Part shown: in pieces, positions 22,091 to 31,635 of the stretch
Position numbering within the stretch: the stretch's first letter is position 1
How the letters are laid out: every line of letters starts with the position of its first letter
Assembly: GCA_029936295.1 (NCBI GenBank)
Contig: JAPYTH010000001.1
Coordinates: 44,274 to 104,569, forward strand
DNA: 60,296 nt
Reading direction: 5' to 3'
Source of the DNA: Alphaproteobacteria bacterium
Lineage (GTDB): Bacteria > Pseudomonadota > Alphaproteobacteria > TMED109
Notes under the pieces: generated by a model
Told to the model about the DNA's origin: nothing
The model's database searches: none
The model's input: the letters and a program-made list of their open reading frames with translations, nothing else
Position numbers and translations under genes: made by a program

Positions 22091-22278
22091 AAAATTAAAA
22101 AATAACTTGGCATAAATTTTTATATGACTAGAATACAACTTTCTAGAGATGCACAAATAATATATTAGATGATCTTTTTAGAAACTAAATTCCTTAAATT
22201 TTTTTAAATTAATTAAATATTATTATATAATTAATTATAAATTTTTACGGAAATCAATAAATAAAAAAGGAAAATAAT

Positions 22279-22716
22279 ATGAGAGTATCAAATACTCCCA
22301 GAAGACATACTAGAAGTAGAAATAATTCAGGGAGAAGAAATAATACTTCTCCAAAAAATCGATATGAAAATAATAATGATAATAAAATAACAGGCAATGC
22401 AATTCAAGTTCATGAAAAGTACCAATCCTTGGCTAGAGATGCTATTAGTTCTGGTGATATAGTTAAAGCAGAATATTATTTTCAACATGCAGAACATTAT
22501 CATAGAGTCCATAAATCTGTACTAAATACTCAATTAGATAAACAACAGAAAAGTGAAAAAAATATTGTTCATATTAATAAAGAAGAAGTTAAAGAGAATA
22601 CTTTGAAAACAAATGATGAAGCAAAAAATAATACAGAAGAAATATCTAAACTTTTACTAAATGAAGAAACTAAAAAAAAGATAAAGGTTAAAAATCAAAC
22701 AAATGATGAAGACTAA
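22279..22716 (+). CDS. DUF4167 domain protein
   Basis: GNAIQVHEKYQSLARDAISSGDIVKAEYYFQHAEHYHRV follows an Arg/Asn-rich N-terminus. The position after prmC is conserved in alphaproteobacteria as I recall it. Confidence 0.7.
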   Translation: MRVSNTPRRHTRSRNNSGRRNNTSPKNRYENNNDNKITGNAIQVHEKYQSLARDAISSGDIVKAEYYFQHAEHYHRVHKSVLNTQLDKQQKSEKNIVHINKEEVKENTLKTNDEAKNNTEEISKLLLNEETKKKIKVKNQTNDED

Positions 22717-22743
22717 TTAAATGTTTTTTTAAATTTAGATTAT

Positions 22744-25287
22744 TTATAAACTATCCCAGATATCATCTAATCGATCTCGTGCCTTAATAAAAAAATCATA
22801 ATTCTCATTCTTTAATTTTAAACCTTCTGGCATCCTTACCTTAAGAGGATTAACCTGTTTATTTCTAAATATTATTTCGTAATGTAAATGAGGGCCAGTT
22901 GACCTTCCTGTTGTCCCTACGTAGCCAATAATATCTCCTTGCTTTACTCTCCTTCCCTCTGTGAGATTTTTACCAAAACGTGCAAGATGTGCATAGGAAG
23001 TTTTATAATCAGAGTTATGACGAATACGTATATAATTTCCATAGCTTCCATTTTTCCTTGAAAATTCTATAATACCATCCCCTGCTGCAAATACAGGTGT
23101 ATTTCTTGGTGCTGAAAAATCTACACCTTTATGCATTTTTGTATAACCTAAAATAGGATGTTTACGTTTACCAAAACCAGATGATATTCTAGCTCCATCA
23201 AGAGGTGTTTTCATTAATGCCTTTCGAGCACTGCTTGCATCAGCATCAAAATAATCAAAATAGCCTTTTTCATATTCGAATCTATATAATGATAATCTTT
23301 CTCCGCCTAAAAGTAATACAGACCTTAAAACTGGACCACTAGACACTATATCACCTGACTTATTATGTTGTATTTGATATAGCACTTCGAATGAGTCTCC
23401 AAATTTTATTTCTCTTTGAAAATCTACGTCAAAAGAATAGATCTTTACCACTTCCATTAGGACAGGTATTGGCATACCCGCATTTTTTGCAGAAATATAT
23501 AAACTAGAATTAATTTCACCAGTAGTTTTATGAAAAGTTTTAATAGTAGGTTCTTTATATTTATTTATTAAAAAATCATTATTTTTTTTAAAGATCTCTA
23601 TAGACCTAATTTTATCTATGTGTATAGCAATACCAATAATTTGTTTAGTATCACCCTTATTTAAATAAACTTTTATTTTTTGCCCTACATGAAGTTTTCT
23701 CGGATCAAACTCACTTTTTAATTTATTAATAAAACCAAAAATTTTACTTTCGGAAATTCCTATATTAGAAAAGGCATGGGATAAAGTATCTCCACTTTTA
23801 AAAGTAAATATTTTAACATTATTTTCAAAAGGTTTTATTAAACTTTTGTTTTTCCATTCAGAAGTTATTTTAATAGATTTATTTCTTTTTTTAAGATTTG
23901 GTTTCACTAATTCTGCTAATTCAATTTTAGCATCTGTTACCGTTGATTTTTTTACTATATAATTATTGTTTTCTAATATTAATAAATAACCTCTCTTTCT
24001 AGATTTTTCAATGAAGAAGCCCTTCATTGGGCTTTTATCTCTTCCCAAAGCTACAATTATTGAACTACCAGATCTAACTATATTTGGATTCATTTTTTTA
24101 CTTAAAACTTTCAAAGCTTTTCTTATAACTACCTTTTTTTCACCTAATGCTATTAACCTTGCTAATAAAGTATCTCCTTTCTCAATTTTTCCTTCAATTA
24201 AATTTGTTTCATAATATAAATTATTATTTTCTATATTTGATTCATCCGTCTTTTCAATTATTATTTTCTTTTTTATTAATTCTTTTTTTTGAGGTGTTAT
24301 GTTTTTATTTTCAACGAACTTTAGACTAGCAACAACTCCTCTAGCTAATTTGATAGCTTGTTTTTTAGCTAAAAATTTCCCATGTTGTATTTTTATTATA
24401 ACTACCGCTGATTTTTGATTAACTACAATAGCAAATGCTTTGATTCTTGTATCTTTAGAAAATATAATCTCCGACCTTGGAGTAATATTTATTGGATCAT
24501 AAACTGTTGAGAAAGCGTCTACAGCCTCTCTAGCTTCCTTAAGACTCCATCCAGCATCTCTCAATTGACCCTGAATTGTATCCCTCTTAAGGACATTAGA
24601 TTTATTTATATCTTCTTTTTGATCATAAGTCCTAAAAACTTTAAAACCATCCTTCCTCAATAAAATTAATTCTCCTGACATTGTTAATTTAATTTTTTCT
24701 AGAAAAACACCTTCTGTATTTGCAGTATAAAAAAGTTTTAGCTCATCATTAGGTCTAAGTTTACGCAAATCTTTTTCTGCAGATATAGCCTGAATAATAT
24801 TATGTGTTTCATTAATATTAATTCCTGAATTAGATAGCAATCTTGTTAAATTATCTCCTTTATTAACCTTTATTATATACGTTCCTGGTTTAGGTCTAAA
24901 TTCTTCAAAATTAATTATAGCCTGAACTCTATCATCTACTAAAATATCAGAAATTCTGGCTGTAGTTACTTTTTTTCTTTCTTTCCAAGATAAGACAGTA
25001 ATATTTTTTTTTAACGGAACAGCAACAGCTACTAAAAAATTAGTGTTATTTTTAAAATAAAACTTAATTTCTTGCCCTATAGGTATTTTAGTTAAGTCTA
25101 ATCTTCTTTTTAATGAATTTATAAATAACTTTGAATCTTGATTATTTATTTTAACCTGAGAAAATACTTTATAAAAAGTATCTCCAGTTTCAAGTTTCTT
25201 ACTAATTATTGTGATAGTATCTTCAGCAAAAGATAATTCAGAAATAAAAAATAATATAAAAAATATAAATTTTATTAAATTTTGCAA
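22744..25287 (-). CDS. Large exported M23 family metallopeptidase with repeated OapA/LysM-like modules
   Basis: Signal-like N-terminus FIFFILFFISELSFA|ED. The C-terminal M23 catalytic motifs are HKGVDFSAP and GTTGRSTGPHLHYEI. Four to six upstream modules each carry a GD(T/N)(L/F) motif. Confidence 0.85.
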   Translation of the reverse strand: MQNLIKFIFFILFFISELSFAEDTITIISKKLETGDTFYKVFSQVKINNQDSKLFINSLKRRLDLTKIPIGQEIKFYFKNNTNFLVAVAVPLKKNITVLSWKERKKVTTARISDILVDDRVQAIINFEEFRPKPGTYIIKVNKGDNLTRLLSNSGININETHNIIQAISAEKDLRKLRPNDELKLFYTANTEGVFLEKIKLTMSGELILLRKDGFKVFRTYDQKEDINKSNVLKRDTIQGQLRDAGWSLKEAREAVDAFSTVYDPINITPRSEIIFSKDTRIKAFAIVVNQKSAVVIIKIQHGKFLAKKQAIKLARGVVASLKFVENKNITPQKKELIKKKIIIEKTDESNIENNNLYYETNLIEGKIEKGDTLLARLIALGEKKVVIRKALKVLSKKMNPNIVRSGSSIIVALGRDKSPMKGFFIEKSRKRGYLLILENNNYIVKKSTVTDAKIELAELVKPNLKKRNKSIKITSEWKNKSLIKPFENNVKIFTFKSGDTLSHAFSNIGISESKIFGFINKLKSEFDPRKLHVGQKIKVYLNKGDTKQIIGIAIHIDKIRSIEIFKKNNDFLINKYKEPTIKTFHKTTGEINSSLYISAKNAGMPIPVLMEVVKIYSFDVDFQREIKFGDSFEVLYQIQHNKSGDIVSSGPVLRSVLLLGGERLSLYRFEYEKGYFDYFDADASSARKALMKTPLDGARISSGFGKRKHPILGYTKMHKGVDFSAPRNTPVFAAGDGIIEFSRKNGSYGNYIRIRHNSDYKTSYAHLARFGKNLTEGRRVKQGDIIGYVGTTGRSTGPHLHYEIIFRNKQVNPLKVRMPEGLKLKNENYDFFIKARDRLDDIWDSL

Positions 25288-25357
25288 TTTGATACCTCAA
25301 AGATTATTTTTTATTTATAGAGTAACTATCTACATTATTTACTAAACGAATAAAAAT

Positions 25358-26332
25358 TTAAAATAATTTAATTGTTATATTTTTAATTTCACGAACTAAA
25401 ATAGTCCTCATTGGATCAGAATTAGCTGAATGTGCTCCTTCATCTACTATAATTAAATTTCCACTTTTCCAATTTTCAGCTATCTTATACGCATTTATAG
25501 GTGGACATAAAAGGTCATATCTACCTTGAATTATACTTCCTGGTATATTATTTAATTTAAATGCATTATGAATAAGCTCATTATCTTTTAAAAAAAAATT
25601 GTTTTTTATGTAATGCCACTCAAAATATGGGGTATTTGGATCATGAGCATTATTATTAAAGAATTTATCATTAAAAGAACTTGGTAAATTAATAATATTG
25701 CTATTTATTTGAGATAAAATTGTTTCATATAACGACCATACTAAAGCTGCAGAAGTAGATATTATTTTATTTTTGGATTCTAAGCGTTTACCATATGACC
25801 GGATTGGATTATGCTGCTCTTCTTCATCAAGTAACTTAGTCCATTGATACCATAATTCAGGCCTAAAGTATTTTGCAGCATTCTCAAATGCCCAAATAAT
25901 ATTTTTTATTGAACCCAAAAATACAGACCTTAAGATTAATCCACTTACATATTCACTATATTGCTCTGCATAAGCTAATCCTAATGTAGACCCCCAACTA
26001 CCTCCTACAACTACCCATTTTTTAATATTAAACTTATTCCTTAATAATTCCATATCAGAAATTAGAGATTGTGTAGTATTATTAATTAAAGATCTCTTAG
26101 GTAATGACCTCCCTGCACCCCTTTGATCAAATAATATTACCCTACTATCTTTAAGATTAAATAATGATCTATGACTATTTTGGCATCCACTTCCAGGTCC
26201 ACCATGCAAAAAAATAAAAGGCATTCCTTTAGGGTTTCCTAATTGCTCAACATATAATTTGTGCCCATCTCCGACCTCAAGAAAACTCTTTTCATAGGGT
26301 TTTGGAAATTCATTATCTTGTATCATTGACAT
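25358..26332 (-). CDS. pip: Proline iminopeptidase (alpha/beta hydrolase)
   Basis: From ATG 26332: MSMIQDNEFPKPYEKSFLEVGDGHKLYVEQLGNPKGMPFIFLHGGPGSG, with the nucleophile elbow GGSWGSTL. The 5' extension to 26479 in the ORF track is hydrophobic noise that overlaps rpmE. Confidence 0.85.
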   Translation of the reverse strand: MSMIQDNEFPKPYEKSFLEVGDGHKLYVEQLGNPKGMPFIFLHGGPGSGCQNSHRSLFNLKDSRVILFDQRGAGRSLPKRSLINNTTQSLISDMELLRNKFNIKKWVVVGGSWGSTLGLAYAEQYSEYVSGLILRSVFLGSIKNIIWAFENAAKYFRPELWYQWTKLLDEEEQHNPIRSYGKRLESKNKIISTSAALVWSLYETILSQINSNIINLPSSFNDKFFNNNAHDPNTPYFEWHYIKNNFFLKDNELIHNAFKLNNIPGSIIQGRYDLLCPPINAYKIAENWKSGNLIIVDEGAHSANSDPMRTILVREIKNITIKLF

Positions 26333-26449
26333 TTTACATTTCCTTACTTGCATAAATATTAAAGTTCTTGTAAAAACTAATATGTTTTGAATTATACTTA
26401 TTTTTATAATAAATAAAGTCAAATTAAGATATATTAGGATAACAAAATA

Positions 26450-26671
26450 ATGAAAAAAGATATACATCCAGAATACCATGAAATTACTGTACTTATGACA
26501 GATGGTTCTGAATTTAAGACCCGTTCTACTTATGGTAAACCTGGAGATAAACTAAAACTTGATATAGACTCAAAGTCTCACCCTGCCTGGACTGGCGGCC
26601 CAGCCGTGATAAGAGATGATGTGGGACAAGTAGCAAAATTTAATAAACGTTTTGCTGGTCTAAAAATTTAA
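26450..26671 (+). CDS. rpmE: 50S ribosomal protein L31
   Basis: [29 protein letters not shown]...HPAWTG. Confidence 0.95.
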   Translation: MKKDIHPEYHEITVLMTDGSEFKTRSTYGKPGDKLKLDIDSKSHPAWTGGPAVIRDDVGQVAKFNKRFAGLKI

Positions 26672-27120
26672 ATATCTTTTAGTAACTTTTCACATGCTTT
26701 GAATATGTTAACAGGAATGGGTACTACTTTTTTCTGATCAACCCTATTTACATATACATGAACGAAATAACCTACTGCACAAGGCTCATCATCATCTTCT
26801 TTAAAAACTCCTACTTCATATCTTATACTTGATTTCCCAATTTTTTTAATAGCTATGCCTACATCTACTATTTCGGGATATTTTATTGATTTATAATATC
26901 TACACCTAGTTTCAGGAGTCACCCCAATAAAGTCTGAGTTTAAAGGATCAAAATGCGCTTCTGTTATTAAAAAATAATTTACTACAGTATCAAACATAGA
27001 ATAATAAATATTATTATTTACATGACCGTATATATCATTATCTCCCCACCTACTAGAATAACTATGCCACCAAATATAATTTTTCCTAATTGGATTAATA
27101 GGAGGCCATTCATCAGCCAT
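26668..27120 (-). CDS. Acyl-CoA thioesterase (hotdog fold, 4HBT/YbgC-like)
   Basis: [22 protein letters not shown] matches the D..GHV.N..Y pattern. Length is 150 aa. The stop overlaps the rpmE stop by 4 nt (TTAA). Confidence 0.7.
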   Translation of the reverse strand: MADEWPPINPIRKNYIWWHSYSSRWGDNDIYGHVNNNIYYSMFDTVVNYFLITEAHFDPLNSDFIGVTPETRCRYYKSIKYPEIVDVGIAIKKIGKSSIRYEVGVFKEDDDEPCAVGYFVHVYVNRVDQKKVVPIPVNIFKACEKLLKDI

Positions 27121-27142
27121 TTTTTTTTCCTAAAATATACAC

Positions 27143-27340
27143 TTACTTAAAAAAATTTTTAGCTAAATCTAAAGCATTATATTTCTGAGTTTTTATTTTT
27201 TCTACTCTCTCTATTTCAATTTTTAATTCTTCAATATACTCTAATAATTCATCAACAGATAAAATGTCTAGATTCCCACCTAATTCTATATTATTTTTAG
27301 GTTTAATAAGCTCTTCTTCATCCATTTTTATTCCTAACAA
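27143..27340 (-). CDS. DUF1192 domain protein
   Basis: LGGNLDILSVDELLEYIEELKIEIERVEKIKTQK is the characteristic short coiled-coil protein. An alternative ATG lies at 27325. Confidence 0.6.
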   Translation of the reverse strand: MLGIKMDEEELIKPKNNIELGGNLDILSVDELLEYIEELKIEIERVEKIKTQKYNALDLAKNFFK

Positions 27341-27407
27341 ATATATTTACTTCATATTTTATATAATTTTGATTATAAATCTATTAATAAAAAAAGGATT
27401 TAATTAT

Positions 27408-28403
27408 ATGACAATACCAAAAGAAATGAATTGTATAGAAATCACTAAACCAGGAGGACCAGAAAACCTTGTATTAGTAAAAAGACAAACGCCAAAACTT
27501 TCTTTAGGAGAAGTGCTTATAAAGGTTAGCGCAGCTGGCGTAAACCGTCCAGATATAATGCAAAGACAAGGTCTTTATCCTCCTCCTCCAGGAGCAAGCG
27601 ATATTCCAGGATTAGAAATTGCAGGTGAAATAGTAGAAATTAATGCTGATAATACCAGATTTAATATAGGTGATAAAGTGTGCGCATTAGTATCAGGAGG
27701 AGGATATTCGTCCTATTGTAATGCTCCTATACAACAAACGCTTCCAATACCTAAAGGGCTATCATTTGTTCAGGCTGCAGCTATCCCAGAAACTTTTTTT
27801 ACTGTATGGACAAATGTTTTTGATAGAGGAAACTTATCTAATAAAGACACCATTTTAATACATGGAGGCGCAAGTGGTATTGGTACCACTGCTATACAAT
27901 TAGCTAAATCCTTTGGCGCTAAAGTTTATACTACAGTAGGCTCAGATGAAAAATGTATAAAAACAAAGGAATTAGGTGCAGAGCTATCAATTAATTATAA
28001 AAAGGAAGATTTTTTTGAAAAAATTAATAAATATACCAATAAAAAAGGTGTAAATATAATTTTAGACATGATAGGTGCAGAATACTTTGAAAAAAATTTA
28101 AATTTACTTTCAGTAAATGGAAAATTAATAATAATTGCCTTCCAAGGAGGTTTTGAAAAAAAATTAAATTTAATGCCTATTCTAAGAAAAAGGTTGATTG
28201 TAACTGGTTCAACTTTAAGACCACGTTCATCAGATGAAAAAGGGCTAATTGCTGAAAGTCTTTATAAAAATGTATGGCCATTAATAGAAAAAAACTTAGT
28301 AATGCCTCAAATTTATGGGACTTACAAATTAAAAGATGCTAATAAAGCACATACTTTGATGGAATCTAGCCAACATATAGGGAAAATAGTTCTAACTGTA
28401 TAA
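27408..28403 (+). CDS. NAD(P)H:quinone oxidoreductase (MDR superfamily, PIG3/Qor-like)
   Basis: From ATG 27408: MTIPKEMNCIEITKPGGPENL, GVNRPDIMQRQGLYPPPPGASDIPGLE, and the nucleotide-binding motif IHGGASGIGTTAIQLAK. Confidence 0.85.
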   Translation: MTIPKEMNCIEITKPGGPENLVLVKRQTPKLSLGEVLIKVSAAGVNRPDIMQRQGLYPPPPGASDIPGLEIAGEIVEINADNTRFNIGDKVCALVSGGGYSSYCNAPIQQTLPIPKGLSFVQAAAIPETFFTVWTNVFDRGNLSNKDTILIHGGASGIGTTAIQLAKSFGAKVYTTVGSDEKCIKTKELGAELSINYKKEDFFEKINKYTNKKGVNIILDMIGAEYFEKNLNLLSVNGKLIIIAFQGGFEKKLNLMPILRKRLIVTGSTLRPRSSDEKGLIAESLYKNVWPLIEKNLVMPQIYGTYKLKDANKAHTLMESSQHIGKIVLTV

Positions 28404-28429
28404 ATTATAAAGTAATATTAATATCAAAT

Positions 28430-28435
28430 AAGGAG
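28430..28435 (+). promoter_or_regulatory. Shine-Dalgarno-like AAGGAG, 7 nt upstream of the DUF1013 ATG
   Basis: Direct reading gives ...caaatAAGGAGataaattATG. Confidence 0.5.
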
Positions 28436-28442
28436 ATAAATT

Positions 28443-29135
28443 ATGACGCTGCCTTTAATGCCACAAGCAACTGCAGTATGGCTTATAGAAAACACTGCAC
28501 TTTCGTTTCAACAAGTAGGAGACTTTTGTGGACTTCATGTATTAGAAGTACAAGGAATAGCAGATGAAGAAGCTGCCTATGGTATAAAAGCTAAGAATCC
28601 TATAACTAGTGGAGAACTTACTCCGGAGAATATAAAAGAATGTGAAGAAAATAGTAATAAAGCTCTAGTACTTGCTAAATCAAATATTTTTATGTCATCA
28701 AAAAAGAAAAAAGCCCCGCGTTATACCCCTTTATCTAGAAGACAAGATAGACCAAATGCCATATCTTGGATTTTAAAATTTCACCCTGAAATGTCTGATG
28801 GTCAAATTTCTAAATTAATTGGTACTACCAAATTTACTATCACTCAAATTAGAGACAGAACCCACTGGAATATTTCAAATGTAGCTCCTAAAGATCCAGT
28901 AATGTTAGGTTTATGCAAACAAAATGAACTTGCTGCTACTATTACTAAAGCAAGAAGATCCTCAAGATGGAAAGCTATGCAAGAAAATATGGATGATAAC
29001 AAAGATATAACTAATTCTGGCTTACAATATGGCTTAATAAAAAAAGAAGATCACATTGAGAAAGATATAACTATAATAGATAATGATGACGTAAGTAACT
29101 TATTTCAAAAAATAGCTTCTCCTGAAGAAAGTTAA
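28443..29135 (+). CDS. DUF1013 domain protein (TrcR-like, alphaproteobacterial)
   Basis: MTLPLMPQATAVWLIENTALSFQQVGDFCGLHVLEVQGIADEE and ...IGTTKFTITQIRDRTHWN match my recollection of DUF1013. Confidence 0.75.
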   Translation: MTLPLMPQATAVWLIENTALSFQQVGDFCGLHVLEVQGIADEEAAYGIKAKNPITSGELTPENIKECEENSNKALVLAKSNIFMSSKKKKAPRYTPLSRRQDRPNAISWILKFHPEMSDGQISKLIGTTKFTITQIRDRTHWNISNVAPKDPVMLGLCKQNELAATITKARRSSRWKAMQENMDDNKDITNSGLQYGLIKKEDHIEKDITIIDNDDVSNLFQKIASPEES

Positions 29136-29155
29136 AACGGATATAGATAACTTAA

Positions 29156-30613
29156 ATGATGAACCATTCTAAGCTTATAAATATTATAAATAAAATTCAG
29201 AATAAAAAAGTCTTAGTTATTGGTGATATTATGTTGGATACATATATATATGGTGCTGTAGAAAGAGTTTCACCTGAAGCTTCAATCCCAATTATAAATA
29301 TAAATAAAACAAAATCTGTGGCCGGTGGAGCTGGAAATGTTTTAAATAATTTAAATTCCATGAATATTAAAACTTCATTCATATCTATAATAGGAAATGA
29401 TGTAGCTGGGAAATGTCTAAAAAAATATATTGAAAACCTTAAAAACATAGAATATGCATTACTAATAGATAAAAATAGAAAAACTACAATTAAAACTAGA
29501 TATATGGCTAATGGGCAGCAACTATTTAGAGCAGATGATGAAGCTCCATGTATTTTAGATAAAACTTTAAAAGAAAAAATATTTCAATATTTTAAACTTT
29601 TTATTAAACAAACAGATGTAATTATTTTATCCGATTATGGTAAAGGCTTATTTTTAGATAATATTTTTTGCCAGAGAATTATTAAATTTGCATCAAAGAA
29701 AAATAAAAAAATAATTGTTGATCCAAAAGGCAACAATTTTGAAAAATATCAAGGATCGTTTTTTATTACCCCAAACTCAAAAGAAGCATTTAAAGCCACA
29801 AAAATAAACCCAAGTAATAATAGTTTAGCAGAAAAATGTGGGGAAATTATTATTAATAATGGATGGTCTAAGAATGTCTTATTAACAAGAGGTTCAAACG
29901 GACTATCTATAATAAATAAAAATAAAAGTAATCATCTTAAGTCTAATACGGAAGAAGTTTTTGATGTTACGGGAGCAGGAGATACAGTAATTGCATTATT
30001 TTCTGCCGCAATTGCAGCAGACTATAATTACATAGATTCTGCCCATTTTGCTAATCTTGGAGCTAATTTAGTAGTAAAAAAATCAGGAACAGCTTCTTTA
30101 ACTAGTAAAGAATTTGTAAAATCATTTGCTTCAAAAAACCTACTTAAAATATCACATATTGATAATATTCAAGATACAATAGATAAATGGAAAATTGATA
30201 ACCTAAAAATAGGATTTACAAATGGCTGCTTTGATCTAATTCACTCTGGCCACATAGATATGTTTATAAAAGCGTCAGAATCATGCGACCGCTTAATAGT
30301 TGCAATAAATTCTGACCAATCGATTAAAAGATTAAAAGGAAATCAAAGACCAATTTTAGATCTTGAAGCAAGACAAAAACTAATAGCCTCATTAGAAATG
30401 GTTGATGCTGTCATTAGTTTTGAAGAAGACACCCCATTACAATTAATAAAACACATTAATCCAGATATTTTATACAAAGGTGCAGACTATAAAATAGATG
30501 AAATTGTTGGTGCAGACTATATTAAGAAAAAAGGTGGGAAAACTATCAGAATAAAATTAACTAAGAATCAAAGTACTAGTAAATTAATATCTATGCTAAA
30601 TGGAAATACTTAA
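29156..30613 (+). CDS. hldE: Bifunctional D-beta-D-heptose 7-phosphate kinase / D-beta-D-heptose 1-phosphate adenylyltransferase
   Basis: N-terminal ribokinase-like domain (VIGDIMLD.Y, DVTGAGDT) plus a C-terminal cytidylyltransferase domain (GFTNGCFDLIHSGHIDM). Confidence 0.9.
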   Translation: MMNHSKLINIINKIQNKKVLVIGDIMLDTYIYGAVERVSPEASIPIININKTKSVAGGAGNVLNNLNSMNIKTSFISIIGNDVAGKCLKKYIENLKNIEYALLIDKNRKTTIKTRYMANGQQLFRADDEAPCILDKTLKEKIFQYFKLFIKQTDVIILSDYGKGLFLDNIFCQRIIKFASKKNKKIIVDPKGNNFEKYQGSFFITPNSKEAFKATKINPSNNSLAEKCGEIIINNGWSKNVLLTRGSNGLSIINKNKSNHLKSNTEEVFDVTGAGDTVIALFSAAIAADYNYIDSAHFANLGANLVVKKSGTASLTSKEFVKSFASKNLLKISHIDNIQDTIDKWKIDNLKIGFTNGCFDLIHSGHIDMFIKASESCDRLIVAINSDQSIKRLKGNQRPILDLEARQKLIASLEMVDAVISFEEDTPLQLIKHINPDILYKGADYKIDEIVGADYIKKKGGKTIRIKLTKNQSTSKLISMLNGNT

Positions 30614-30650
30614 ATTCTATTTAATAGAAAGTTAGAAATTTATAATAATA

Positions 30651-31634
30651 ATGGATAAAGCGCCAGGTCTTAAAATTATTATTCTTATATTTATTATATT
30701 CATAATATCTATAAGTATATATTTTCTATGGTATTCTAAAATAGAAAAATTAACTACTCAACAATTGAACTCTATACAAAATACATTACTTCAAAAAAAT
30801 ATAGAATTAACTTGGGAAAAAATTTATAAATCTGGTTTTCCATACAGAGTAGAAAAAAAAATAAATAATATTAATATAAAATTTCAAAATACAAATATTA
30901 CAACAAAAAATTTAAAAATTATATATCAACCATGGGATATAAAACATATTATATTTCAGATTCCAAATGAGATAAAAATACTCAATAATAATAATATTAC
31001 TATTGCTAATTCTAATATACTAGCTTCTTTAATTATAGATAAATTTTTTAAAAAAAGAATATCTATAACATCTAACAATATTACTTTTCTATTAAACAAA
31101 AAAGTTTATGATTTTGGCAAATCAGAAATATATTTTAAAACTGATAATACAGCTAATCTAAAATATGCTATTTTAATAGATAAATTATCCTGGCCTCCAG
31201 TATTTATCAACAATAATACAATAAATAAATTATCTATTAATGGTGAAATTATAAAATATAAGAACATAGATATTAATAATTATTATAAATGGTTTTCTAA
31301 CGAAGGCGGCATCAGAATTGAAACTTTTAAAATAAATATTGATGAAGCAGAGATAACTGGTAATGCATTTATAAGCTTAGATAAAAATTTAGATATTCAA
31401 AGCTCCGCATCACTAAACTCTAATAAGCTTAATAATATTTTTATTCTCTTAGAAAAAAATAATGTAATTTCTACAAATATACTAAAGACAGCGGATTTGA
31501 TAATAAAAGCTATAGAAATGTCATCTAAAGCATTAAATAAAAAAGCGAATTATTCTATTAGTATTCAAAATGGCTATTTAAACCTTATGGGTATAAAATT
31601 ATTAACAGTTCCTAATTTAAAAAATTATTTTTAA
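30651..31634 (+). CDS. Membrane-anchored hypothetical protein (possibly DUF2125 family)
   Basis: 327 aa, one N-terminal TM segment (LKIIILIFIIFIISISIYFLWY), N/I/K-rich. The family guess rests only on size, topology and position beside tyrC. Confidence 0.5.
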   Translation: MDKAPGLKIIILIFIIFIISISIYFLWYSKIEKLTTQQLNSIQNTLLQKNIELTWEKIYKSGFPYRVEKKINNINIKFQNTNITTKNLKIIYQPWDIKHIIFQIPNEIKILNNNNITIANSNILASLIIDKFFKKRISITSNNITFLLNKKVYDFGKSEIYFKTDNTANLKYAILIDKLSWPPVFINNNTINKLSINGEIIKYKNIDINNYYKWFSNEGGIRIETFKINIDEAEITGNAFISLDKNLDIQSSASLNSNKLNNIFILLEKNNVISTNILKTADLIIKAIEMSSKALNKKANYSISIQNGYLNLMGIKLLTVPNLKNYF

Positions 31635-31635
31635 A

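Noticed and set aside
22128-22146. Inverted repeat CTAGAA-N7-TTCTAG downstream of prmC
   Set aside because: The stem is only 6 bp, mostly A/T, with no following T-tract. It is not convincing as an intrinsic terminator.
26333-26479. 5' extension of the pip ORF ([18 protein letters not shown]...) overlapping the rpmE start
   Set aside because: The extension is hydrophobic noise and would overlap rpmE on the other strand. ATG 26332 gives a canonical Pip N-terminus and length (324 aa).
27264-27407. 5' extension of the quinone oxidoreductase ORF
   Set aside because: It overlaps the DUF1192 gene on the opposite strand and adds a non-homologous hydrophobic leader. ATG 27408 gives the typical MDR N-terminus.
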